Origin: Octopus sinensis
Taxonomy: Eukaryota
Assembly: GCF_006345805.1 (NCBI RefSeq)
Contig: NC_043002.1
Coordinates: 37,324,001-37,388,000 of the forward strand
Length of the DNA stretch: 64,000 bases
Direction of reading: 5' to 3'
Shown: positions 51,231-63,350 of the stretch, one piece after another
Layout of the letters: each line of letters opens with the position of its first letter
Numbering within the stretch: the stretch's first letter is position 1
Translations under genes and position numbers: made by a program
Notes under the pieces: model-generated
The model's input: the letters and a program-made list of their open reading frames with translations, nothing else
Told to the model about the DNA's origin: nothing
Database searches by the model: none

Positions 51231-51487
51231 TATGTATGTATTATATGTATATATGTATGTATGTATATATATGTGTGAATCTATGTATCTGTCCATCTGT
51301 CTGCCTGTCTGTCCATGCATGCATCCATCATCATCATCATCGTCGTTTAATGTCCGCTTTCCATGCTAGCATGGGTTGGACGGTTCAACTGGGGTCTGGG
51401 AAGCCAGAAGGTTGCACCAGGCCCAGTCTGATCTGGCAGTGTTTCTACAGCTGGATGCCCTTCCTAATGCCAACCACTCCGTAAGTG

Positions 51488-51521
<34 letters not shown>

Positions 51522-51522
<1 letters not shown>

Positions 51523-51700
51523 GGGTGAATTTACAAAAAATACAAAAGACGAAGACAGGTGGTGTAAACAGCAAGCAGATGTATTAGTATAACGCTCAGG
51601 AGCTGAAAACGTGTTTAACATTTCGAGCCTACGCTCTTCCACAGAAAGAAACAAAAAGAGAAAATAAAGAATGTGTAGTGGCTAGCGATCTATCATACAT
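51522..51700 (-). mobile_element. Penelope-like terminal fragment carrying a variant hammerhead (51613-51648)
   Basis: CTTT-CTGTGGA-A-GAGCgtagGCTC-GAAA-TGTT-AAAC on the minus strand. Confidence 0.7.
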
Positions 51701-52026
51701 ATATATAACATTTCACCTGGAACTTTCTCAACATTGGATCTGGAACTCCCAGTGAGTCACAAAACTTCATGTTGGTGTGCATGGATATATAATTTCATAT
51801 ACATGTATATTTATATGTATGTGTATATTGATAAATCTTATGCACATGTATATGTAATTGTTTGGACATGTCTGTAAATACATGGATATATTTGGGTGTG
51901 TCTACATATGGTATATACTTAAATATGCTCATCTTGAACCTTACTTGGTGTCCTTAATATTATAATACCTCGATCCAAATGAACCCTACAAATAATTTTA
52001 TATATGAATGTATATATATACATATG

Positions 52027-52715
52027 TGTGGAGGCGCAATGGCCCAGTGGTAAGGCCAGCGGACTTGCGGTCATAGGATTGCGGTTTCGATTCCCAGACC
52101 GGGCGTTGTGAGTGTTTATTGAGCGAAAACACCTAAAGCTTCACAAGGCTCTGACAGGGGGTGTTGGCAATTCCTGCTGTACCCTTTCGCCACAACTTTC
52201 TCTCACTGTCTCTTCTGTAGGCCTGCTTGCTTAGCCAGCAGGGTAGCATCATTTGAAAGCTAAAAACAATGCGAAGCGCATTGTGACCAGCGATGTGTAG
52301 CAACATCTGATAGCCTGATCGATCATGTGATCACGCGATACATATATATATATTTATATATATATAGGCATAGGCTTGCCCTGCATGGCTCTGGATTCAG
52401 CTCCACTGTGTGACAAATTGGGTGTCTTCTATTATACACCTCAGGCTGACCAAAGCCTTGTGATTTGGTAGACTGAATGAAGCCATTCATATTGTGTGTG
52501 TGCATGTGTGTGTGTGTGTCTGTTTGTCCCCCACCACCAGTTGACAACTGGAGTTGGTGTGTATACATCCCTGTAACTTAGCAGTTCAGCAAACGAGAGC
52601 TATAAAATAAGCACCAGGCTTTACAAAATGTAATAAATATTGGGGTTCATTCATTCAACCAAAATTCTTCAAAGCAGTACCCCAGCATGGCCACAGTTTA
52701 ATGACAAAAAAGAAA
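52027..52715 (+). mobile_element. Family C-related SINE (52027-52335) followed by a family A SINE (52365-52715)
   Basis: tRNA-like heads and family tails. Confidence 0.85.
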
Positions 52716-52731
52716 AGTTCAGTTGCTGCAA

Positions 52732-52770
52732 GAAGCACAAGTCTATGCACAGTGCATAGACTTGTGCTTC
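52732..52770. repeat. Perfect palindrome, 19-bp arms with a 1-nt spacer
   Basis: gaagcacaagtctatgcac-a-gtgcatagacttgtgcttc. Confidence 0.95.
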
Positions 52771-52843
52771 CTATGGCTATAAGGGCTTTTAGTTCTTATT
52801 TCTAGCAATATAGGTGCTAGCCTGTACTGCCAGTCACAATTAA

Positions 52844-52891
<48 letters not shown>

Positions 52892-53946
52892 TAAGTTTAC
52901 CATAAATGGTCCTTTTAACATACTGAACACTACTTGGTAGAATTATTAATTACTAATTAATTAATTCATTTTACCCTTTATTATCATTGATAATATATAT
53001 ATATATGTTGTATCTTGGGAGGGTCATTATGCCAATAAATCGGTTTCAACATGAGTTCACTTCAAAAATCTTACATACCAAATACAAGAATGAAATATAT
53101 ATTTATACATAATTATGATAGATAGATAAAGAAATAAGGAGTGAGGCAGATAGACAGATGTATGTGCCTATGCATACATGTGTATATGCGAGTGAGCAGT
53201 ATTGTATGTCCATGATGAATGAAGGTTACCTGATTGAAATTTTGTAAATCGAGAATAAATTGATGTAGCTAGCTGTAACTTTCTATAGGTACAACAACTG
53301 ACATTTCATTTTCTATCCTTCTTTCTCTCTTCTCTCTCTGCACATACAGCTCAAAAGATCACACACACACATATATATACACACGCGCACACAGACTGAG
53401 AATAGTGAATTTGGCAAACTCCAGGCAATCATGTTCATCAAAAATTTCTTGTAAGATCTTGACCTGCAGATAAAGATATAAGATACCGATTGTTACAGTG
53501 TCTTCATCACACATTTTGGATTCTGCTTGGAAAGAAATAGACTCGGTTTGGAATTAGACAGAAGATAGATAGATAAATAAGAAAGAAAGACAGCAAAAAT
53601 AATCTTATGGACTCTTTCCAGAGGTTTCAATGAATGAAATTGCTTAAGATATTTTTATTCAGATGTCTTAGGTTTGATCCCAGGCATTTTCTTTTTTGTC
53701 TTTTTTTTACCTAAAACACAAAGTTGCTTATTCGATGATAAACAGTTGGCAGGGAGCCAAAATTCATATTAACTCAGATGAATGAGACAAAAAAAAAAAA
53801 ATCTTTGGAAATGCTGTGTAGGGGTGGTGTGTATGGGTGTGTATGGGTATGTGTTGAGAGGTTTGTTAAGCGTGTGTGTGTGTGTTTGAAGAGATGAGTA
53901 AATTTATGCATCAAGAGAAAAGGAGAATGAATAAAAGAAGGAAAAC

Positions 53947-53992
<46 letters not shown>

Positions 53993-54066
53993 TTGATAGA
54001 TAAATAGTATATATGTAGGTAGGCTGATAGACAGATGTAGCATAAGTGCATTTATAAATATGCATA

Positions 54067-54191
<125 letters not shown>

Positions 54192-55102
54192 GTGTGTACA
54201 TATATATATGTATATGTACATATATATATATATATATATCCCATCATCATCATTGGCATGCTGGCATGCATGACACACACACACATACATACATATATAT
54301 GTGAGTACACACACACACACGTATACACACAAATCAATACCCTTCTGTGCAAACAGTATGAAAACGAACCAATCGCATTCGATATTCTATCAATATGTTT
54401 GGAGTTGTGTGGCTGAGGGCAGAGGAAGAGAAGAAGGAGAAGAAGAAGAGGAGAAAGAGGGAGAGAAAGTTGAAAGGTTATTGATATTTTGAAATCACCA
54501 TATGAAACGCGTGTTGGTCAGTGATGGTGTAAATAAAACACTAAAGAAAATAAACAAACCTGATGAGACGGGGGGGAGGGAACAAGGAAGGCAGGAAGGA
54601 AGGAAAAAGTATAATTTTCAAGGGTGTCCTGGAGGTGATGCTACACAGATTTCAACAGCAGTCCTTATCTATTAACAATATAATATGGTTGGCAATGTTG
54701 CTACCGCTGAGTTGCTGAGATGTCAAATGCCAGAATAGAGACAGTTGTTTCTCTTGATTGTTATTGTCTGACAAGTGAGATTTTTCATTTCTGGGAATGG
54801 TCAGATCTTCTGCTCTCTTGTTATTTGTATGGAAATGAGAAATAATACTGTTTGTAGTGTGCGGAAATGATTTAAATGGATCATCTGTAACTATGTTAAC
54901 TTAGTTTCGTAAAATTGAAAGTGATACTCTTGTGCACACACACACACATGCACACACACACACCTTAAAGGTTTTGAAAGATTATGTGTGTGTGTGAATG
55001 TAAGTGCATATGCACAAAAGATAGTGTGTGCATGAGAAAGAGTGGGAAGAAGCAAGAGAGAAAGAAGGAAATATATCTTTCTGAAGCTAAGATATATATA
55101 TA

Positions 55103-56060
55103 TATGCTCCGATGGATGTGTAATGTCAGTGTACTTACTCGACAGAGCGTTAGTACCTTGAGAGAAATGCTGTACCTAAGAAGCATCAGTTGTTGTGTGC
55201 AAGAGAGACGATTGCGCTGGTATGGTCATGTGGCGAGAATGGATGAAGATAGGTGTGTGAGAAAGTGCCAATCCCTAGCAGTTGAGGGAACCCATGGAAG
55301 AGGTAGACCCAGGAAAACCTGGGACGAGGTGGTGAAGCACGACCTTCGGACGTTAGGTCTCACCATGGAAATGACTAGAGACCGAGACCTATGGAAGTAT
55401 GCTGTGCGTGAGAAGACCCGGCAAGACTAGTGAAGCCATAATCCGTGGCTCCTACCTGGGACGTAGTCAGTCCACCTGTGCATACCTTCCTTCTTGTGAC
55501 ACTTGTGAAGACCTGTTGAGGCAAGTGAGAATCGTATCGAATCAAATCAAATCAAATCGAACCAAATCAAAATAGATGAACATCAATGGAATTTGTATCC
55601 TTGTGGTACCAGTGCCGGTGGCACATAAGAAAACCATCCGAACGTGACCGTAGCCAGTACCGCAATGATTGGCCTCCGTGCTGAGGGCACGTAACAAACA
55701 CCATCCGAGCGTGGCCGTCCGCCAGCCTCGTCTGGCACCTGTGTCGGTGACACATAAGAAAACACCATCCGAGCGTGGCCGTCAGCCAGCCTCGTCTGGC
55801 ACCTGTGTCGGTGGCACATAAAAAACACCATCTGAGCGTGGCCGTCTGCCAGCCTCGTCTGGCACCTGTGTCGGTGGCACATAAAATCACCCACTACACT
55901 CTCGGAGTGGTTGGCGTTAGGAAGGGCATCCAGCTGTAGAAACACTGCCACATCTGACTGGCCTGGTGCAGCCTTCGGGCTTCCCAGACCCCAGTTGAAC
56001 CGTCCAACCCATGCTAGCATGGAAAGCGGACGTTAAACGATGATGATGATGATGATGATG
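55103..56060 (+). mobile_element. 5'-truncated RTE LINE: RT C-terminus, long 3' UTR with (AAATC)n and a ~63-bp VNTR, (GAT)n tail
   Basis: MLRWMCNVS...VQERRLRWYGHVARMDEDRCVRKC..LAVEGTHGRGRPRKTWDEVVKHDLRTLGL..MTRDRDLWKYAV* (stop at 55430); tandem units at 55614-55890. Confidence 0.92.
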
Positions 56061-56172
56061 ATATATATACACATACACACACATATACATATATACATAC
56101 ATATATATACACATATATAAATATACATATATACATATACATATATACTATATTTGTATATAGTATATTATA

Positions 56173-56214
<42 letters not shown>

Positions 56215-56349
56215 TACATACATATATATACACATATATATATATACATGCATATACATATATATATACTATATTTGTATATAGTATATTATATATATAT
56301 GCATAAGATTTTAAATACAATATACAATATTATATATTTTATATATAAG

Positions 56350-56880
56350 AAATTACATATATGTGTTTATGTAGTGGGTGAGAAGAGGTTAGTACAAGTA
56401 GAAAATAGAAATGTATCAAATTAGTGCCCAGACTGTTCAGATTATTGAACTCCAGCTTCTCAATCAGAGTACAATAGTCCAGCAGGAGAAGAGTTAAAAG
56501 AAATATATAGCTCAAGTGAGTAATAAGCATAAGAAGGACAAATAATTTTAGGTGACAGTACTTCATTTCTATGAGATATTATATATACGTATGCAAATTA
56601 CAAGATAAATATATAAATTATCCTATACAGCTGTTTCGAGGATTTGGTAACTGGTTGATAGTATGATCCATATTAAGCGAATAAAAAAGTACATAATTAC
56701 ATAATGAAGCAAAAATTATACACAGCAAATAAGCAGAAATATTAACAACTTGCATAAAGCATCATAAGTGACTGTCTTCAAGCTAAAACTGCCAAATAGT
56801 CTCATCAGAAGGGAAAATGGTAAATGCAAGTGCTAGAGGGAAATAAATACAAGTGGATTGGTGAATCCGAGAAAAGGTAC
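56350..56880 (-). mobile_element. Probable Penelope-like remnant
   Basis: GAAACAGCTGTA half-hammerhead at ~56626-56637; nearby minus-strand LIEKLEFNNLN resembles a GIY-YIG tail. Weak. Confidence 0.35.
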
Positions 56881-57032
56881 ATATGGATAAGATCAAAAGT
56901 AAGTTAATAAGGTCATCTCAGCTTCCTTGATGTAACTGATTGAGTAGTATTTTTTCTCTCATTTGTAAATCTAAGCACACCTGTCCCTAAATACACACAC
57001 ACATATACACCCCCTCCCCACACACACACATT

Positions 57033-58304
57033 TTGGATCATCTCACAAATAATGCAGTTTTTTTCAATTGCATGAACTAAAAGTCGGAGGGAGACAGGGT
57101 GAACTACCTGCAACAACTTGCTATAAAAGCAGGTGGTAATTTTACTCTGTACTTATTCTTAGTGCAAGTTTTGGAAAGTGCAGTTCGATTTTAAAAGTTA
57201 TTTTTTCAAAGCCATAATGGAAGTGACAAAGGAACATATTTGGCATATTATGCTTTATGAGTTCAATAAAGGCAATAAAGTGTGAGGAATGTTAATGCAG
57301 TATATGGGGATCAGACGATAAGCGTAAGCCAGTGTCAACAGTAGTTCCAGAAATTCTGAGGTGGAAACTACAGTTTAGAAGATGAGCCTTATCCTGGAAG
57401 ATCTGTAGAACTTGACAAGGATGTCCTGCAAACCCTAGAGGAATAAAATCCCATCCCATCACAACTGTTAAGGAACTAGCAGAGAAGCTTGGATTTGGTC
57501 ATTCGAATATTCATCAATGCCTGTGTGCCATCGGAAAAATTAGCAATTTGGGTCAATGGGTTCCTCACAAACTTTTCGAGTCTAATCATGCTCAGAGAGT
57601 GAATGTGTGGTCTTCTTTGCAGTCACGTTTCATGAATGAACCTTTTTTGGACTGAATAGTGACTGGTGACAAGAAAGACTTCTCTATAAAAATGTCAAAA
57701 ACCTAAAACAGTGTGTAGAGAAAGGAGAAACACCAGCACCCCAGGCTAGGAAAAGTCTTCACCCACATAAGGTGTTGTTATCTGTTTGATGGGATATGAA
57801 AGGTTTAGTCCACTTTGAACTTTTAAACCCAAACCAAACGATAACAAATGGATCTACTGTGAGCAGTTTGAGCAGCTTAAGTCAGCACTAGAAGAAAAAC
57901 GACCATCTTTGGTTTCAAGGCAAAATGTGTTCAGGATAATGCTCAGCCACATACAGTGAAGATGACATTCCAAAGGTTGAACAGTTTGAATGGAAAAAAG
58001 TGCTCCACCCACCATGTTCACTGGACATTACCCCATCTGATTATCATTCATTCCGCAGTTTTCAAAATCATTTGGACGGAAAAATATATGAATTCTGTAG
58101 ATGAGGTCAGAACAGTACTAGAGGAATATTTTTCATCACGGGCAAGTGAATTTTGGAAGAGCAGCCTTGCAAGTCTACCAGATAGATGGAAGAGCATTTT
58201 AGAAAATGAAGGAGAGTATATTTTAAATTAAAAAAGAACTTTGTTTATCTGAATTTTGAAAAATAAAAGAAGTATAAAAAAACATTATTTATGGGATGAT
58301 CCAA
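57033..58304 (+). mobile_element. Full-length decayed mariner (DD34D) transposon
   Basis: TIRs ttggatcatctcacaaataatg / cattatttatgggatgatccaa, with TA on the right. ATG at 57217 MEVTKEHIWHIMLYEFNKG; VTGD, DNAQPH and LDITPSDYHSFRS motifs; ends LPDRWKSILENEGEYILN* (58231); many frameshifts. Confidence 0.95.
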
Positions 58305-58559
58305 TATATATACATGTGTATGTGTATTCATCATCATCAAAGTTCAATGTCCAACTTTTCCCATGCTGGCATAGGTTTGATGGTACTCTTTGAGATAGAA
58401 TTCTACAAACATATTTTTATTCCATTTATCTTCACACAAAACCAGCAAAACTCCCAAACTGCTCAAATATTGTTAATGTGAATACATGTAGGAACAAATA
58501 GTTCCTCCCCCTCCCCCACACACACTAGACTATAAGCACAAAAAGAAGAGGATACTGGA

Positions 58560-58720
58560 GAGATAAGTTATAACAAATGTCGTATTAGTTTTAAAACAAA
58601 GGTAAGCGTCTTGATGTTTCGGATGGCAGTCCTTTATCAAAAAAAAAAAAAAAAATTAAGAAAAGGTAAAGAGAAAAATAGAAAGAATAAAAAATAGTTG
58701 AGGTGGATAAAAAGAATGAG
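58560..58720 (-). mobile_element. Penelope-like fragment with a decayed hammerhead (~58608-58644)
   Basis: TTGATAA-A-GGActgccaTCC-GAAA-CATC-AAGA; the core has decayed by transitions. Confidence 0.5.
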
Positions 58721-60799
58721 TAAAGATGGTAGACAAATAAGCATACTCTTCACCCACAAAGTATAGGTCAGCTGAAGGTTATAGTATAAAGAAACTGCTT
58801 AAGGTTCTACACAACAGAATGGAACATGAAATACAATTCTTAACCACACAGCCATGCTGAAGGACAGGCAATGGAAAGCAATCATTCTCCAATACCACCA
58901 CAACTGCACATATGTGGGAATGAGAGGAGAAACAGAAAGAGAGATCAAGAAAGAGAGAACGCATACGTTTTAGCACCCATAATTGTGTGTAAGTGAATAT
59001 AAGAGAAAGAGAAATAAAGAGAGCTTTATGTATATGAATGCATGCGTAGGTGGAGGACACTGAAACTGGATGGAGCTGGGGATCAGATAATTACTTCTCT
59101 GGGTTGCAGTAAAGCTGCAGTAAACCATAGGACATATTCAATTTGCAGTTTCTATTTGAATCCCTCTAATAGTTGACACAACACCTAACGCAGCAGAATG
59201 TTATTAATAAAAGTTTATCAAAAATGGATGAAAGGATGCTATAAGGCAGTGATCCCAATATATCAAACTATCTTTTATGCTAGCTTATGTTCACATTTTC
59301 ATTCACTGAGAGCATGAGTTAAGATGTGTCTCCAAATTTGCATGCTTTTAAATGGCTAGGAGTGCATGTATACATGTATGTTTATATATCTATTTTTTTT
59401 TAATGAAATTAGGTAACGCAAGGAAATGCACCTATGACATGGGGTCAGGTTAGTTTGCTCTGAAGATTACATATTAAGTGGAATTTATGTATTTTCTCTT
59501 GAATATGCTTCGTAATAAGCTCTCTAACAGGATTTAAAACAAGTACTCATCATTGTTCTGTTAGACACATGTGAAAAACATTATTTATTCAGTAACAGAG
59601 TCAATATAAAAATCACATACAGAAGCATATATTAGGACAGAACAGAACAGGTAAAATTATCATTTGAAATAAACATGCAGTTATGTCTCATTTATGCAGT
59701 ATATTTTAAATTAATACAGACAATATAAATAACACACAAATATTGGAATGGCATCTCTATAACAGGGCTTAAAGCAATCATTTTTCTTCTCTTATCTTAA
59801 TATGTAAAAGCGTTGTTTACATTACAAGCATTTTTTTAGAAATGTCAAGAGTTATATAATAAATCTTTTTAATGATGGAACTCAAGGCAGATAAAGCTAT
59901 AAATAATAGCATGAAGAATACTGGGTTAAAAAGAATCCTTGGATAGAAGAAGTTGATGTATGTATACTCTAAGTTTTAGGCCACTGTTTTGCATCTATAT
60001 AGATGAAGTTTTGTATAGGGGCTGGAATGTTCCAGAAATTTGCTTTTATCTTCAAGCTGAAAAACTACGTCAATTGTATATTCCCAACTACTACAGTAAA
60101 CATTACAAACAGCTATTCATTAGAAAAATAGTTCATTTAGAGTAATTATGTTACTTAGAATCGTATTGATATAGTATTTAAAAAAAAAATGTATGTTTAA
60201 TTAGAAAAGAAAAAAAAATGTAAGAGTAAAGTTATATCTTTGGTTTAAAATCTTTTTGTGTGTGTATGTTTTTATAAAGCTCACCTCGAACCATCTTCTC
60301 ATCAATGAATTGGATGCAAACTTTTTGAGAGAATCAATGTTCCCAAACAACTGCAGATTGCATGTATCTTTAAAAATAATTGATTCAAAGTACATACATG
60401 TGATTGTAGTTAGTTTTGTTATTCAACAAAATCCTGGCAAGTCTGAGTACTGCTGGTAATGCAGTGTATTTTAACTTCACTACCACTGTATAAAATCATA
60501 TAGGGAGGAATCATACATGAGAAAGAAACAGTCAGTTTCGTTCAGGAATACAATGTAACTTAACTCTGCAGCCATTATAGAAATAACACAAAGCAAATCA
60601 TACATCATGATGGAAGCTATGCGTGGTTACTTGTTGACCTGCTGGAATCAGCAACCTCAATAAATCTCACTGAAATTAACCCAAACAATCTCAAATAAAG
60701 GAAAGAGACACTAAAACCAGATAATGTACTTTTGGAATGATACTACAGAGAGAAAAAGAGAGGTGGTTATGGCTGAAAATCACTTTGATTGTTATGTCT

Positions 60800-61600
60800 A
60801 CCTGATCATGTCTGACCTGGGACTATACAAAGGAATTCTTCATGTTGATATTCCCAATTACAATATGATGCTAACCATCAGTTTATTCTGGAATTACCTA
60901 CTGTTGCATGGAAACATAATGCGATTGATATTCTTTGCAGCATGAATATGCTGCTCCTTAGAAGACAGAGTATATTTTATTTTTCTGGGTTGTCCAAGTT
61001 TCGTGGGGCATTCATTCTGCAAGGCTCAGACTAGGCTTGGAGTTATTGGTGTAGCAAAGAGAGGAACATGATAAATTCCATTACTGAAGCTGCAGGGAAG
61101 GCCACCAGTGGGGGCACATGGCCTAGTAGTTACAGCATTGGACTCGCGGTCGAGGGATTGCAGGTTTGAATCTCAGACCGGGCGATGTGTGTGTTTATGA
61201 GCGAAACACCTAAACTCCACATGGCTCCGGCTGAAGGTAATGGTGAACTTCTGCTGACTCTTTAACCACAACTTTCTCTCACTCTTTTCTCCTGCATCTA
61301 GAAGCTCACTTCTGACAGACTGGCGTCCCGTCCAGGTGGGGTACCTATATGCCAAGAAAACTGGGAAACCGGCCCTTATGAGCCAGGCATGGCTCTAGAA
61401 TGAACAAAAACAACAGGGAAGGCCACCAGGCATCTTTGGATAAAGAAAGCAGGCTGGTTGTCTGCTGCTACTAGGATGCAATCCAGGGTTTGATTAACCC
61501 CCAGCTGGGGCAACTGGAACAGGTAGGGTGAAAGCCTGATGCTGGAAGCCCTGAAATCCCTTGTGACTCCAGAAATATCACTGATGATACATCCCACGGC
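60800..61600 (+). mobile_element. HERO-like RLE non-LTR remnant split by a SINE
   Basis: LELPTVAW; LGCPSFVGHSFCKAQTRLGVIGVAKR; after removing the SINE, MINSITEAAGKATRHLWIKK (stop 61491-61493). Compare HERO-type LELTVPWE..VGCRGF.G.SL..A...LG..G...RRAI..ITEAAEKASRWLWIKR (recalled, not aligned). Confidence 0.7.
61109..61413 (+). mobile_element. Family C SINE with a 16-bp TSD
   Basis: cagggaaggccaccag at 61093-61108 and 61414-61429. Confidence 0.93.
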
Positions 61601-62914
61601 AAGATGTATCTTGGAACTGCTTGTGAATCTAAAAGAAGTCTGTATCTGAATGATGAAGTTCAGGTTATGATGCTACTCCGAGGAATCTAGGGTAATGTCT
61701 GTTATCAAAACCTCGTAAGTACAATTACGTGAACTGAGACTGTGCAGAAGGTTACCTGTTGATTTAGCATAAGAACTGCATTAAGGGTACATATACTTGT
61801 GAAATAGACAGCCATTTATATGTTAATTCAATGTGTAGGAAGACCTAAGACCTGTTGATTGAACAATTTAACTCTCATGTTTAAAACTGACAAAGGACCT
61901 ACCATATGTAGATGTGTGTGTGTGTGTGTGTGTGCGCACACACGTGTTGTTGCTTATGTAGTTCTTAGTCAGTTGTGATTGAGCAGACCTATTATTATCA
62001 AAGGGATTCCATCCACGACCATCTCATCTTGTATTTAGACATGGTGTGTTGAGAAGTAGCTGGCTGACAAGCCACAAGTATTTTTTTTAATCAGTTGTGT
62101 GTATGTGCATCTGTGTATGTGTATGTGTGTGTGTGAGAGAGAGAGGGGAGAGAGAAGAAGAAATAGAGAGAGAAGGGAGAAAGAGAGAGAGCCAATCTTT
62201 CAAGGGTTATACAAAGAACTTCTCCAGATGTATTGCAAATATAGCATATTGACAGAAAACACTGGTATTTCATATTAAGTCTGAATGACATTTCTTTTAT
62301 TGTGAATTGCTTAGTATATCGCCTGATTCTCAATTCTATCTCAGCGTTCTGTCACACACTGGTTCTGAAACTTGTCTTTCTTCAAGCAGTTTTTCTTTCA
62401 AGTTGCCACTCATCAGACAATAGGCCATTCATTCTTATTAAAATCGAATGATGTATGATGCCTTCAAGATGGTTAGGATACATTTAGGTACTTTTGTGAT
62501 AGTGTGATTTGTCTGTGCATGTAGACGTATGTATGCGCATGTGTGTGTGCATGTGTGTGTATGTGTGTGACTATATGGGTGTGTGTATATCAATGACAAA
62601 CTTAGAGATAGCAATAGCTTCAATTGACAGCTCTACATGCCAGACATTATTCCTATGAGAGAAAGTAAAATTTATACATTATTTAACATGCTTTAAATTG
62701 TTCTTTTATGCTTTCTTTAACTTATTTCACTCCCTGGACTATGGTCATGCAGGAACATCACATATTGGGGTCTTTCTACGTGAACACAGTGACACCAGTT
62801 CTTCTTTAACCCTCTCAGATCCGAGTCCCTGTGTCTAACTTTACCCTCCACCTGGGCTCCTAAGCAAAAACAAACAAAAAAAATAGTTGCATATATAGCT
62901 CAAGAATAATGATT

Positions 62915-63256
62915 AGTGAATGTAAAGACCCCTTTCTGTCATGAATGACCATGGGATTGCACCTAGAAAGTTCCCCTCCAAGGCACAAGTCCAGGTAATG
63001 TTGTTTATAGAAGACCAGCAGTTTGCCCATGCATACCAGCCTCCCTTCTCCAGACCACCAACATTATCCAAGGATAAAGCAAAAGCTGATTCAGCTTGGC
63101 ACCAGTCGCAATTAATTTCTACAGCTGAGTGAATTGAAACGACATAAAATGAAGTATCTTGCTCAAGAATACAACACACAACCTGGTCCAGGAATTGAAA
63201 TCACTACCTCATGATTGCGAGCCTGACACTCTAACCACTGAACCATGTGCCTTCAC
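62915..63256 (-). mobile_element. Family D SINE
   Basis: Reverse complement of 33081-33415. Confidence 0.88.
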
Positions 63257-63313
63257 CAAATGCTTATGGGCAAGCTAATGGATAAAATCATCTGCATCTT
63301 CTTTCTCTGCTAG

Positions 63314-63350
63314 TGTTGTTCATTACTACTTCACTGAGAATCCAGCACAG
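63314..63350 (+). CDS. Candidate small exon (VVHYYFTENPAQ or alternative frame)
   Basis: Strong acceptor catctgcatcttctttctctgctag| and donor cag|gtgata; 37 nt. Confidence 0.2.

Noticed and set aside
55583-56020. 145-aa minus-strand ORF with repeated CHRHRCQTRLADGH
   Set aside because: Antisense read-through of the RTE 3'-UTR tandem repeat.
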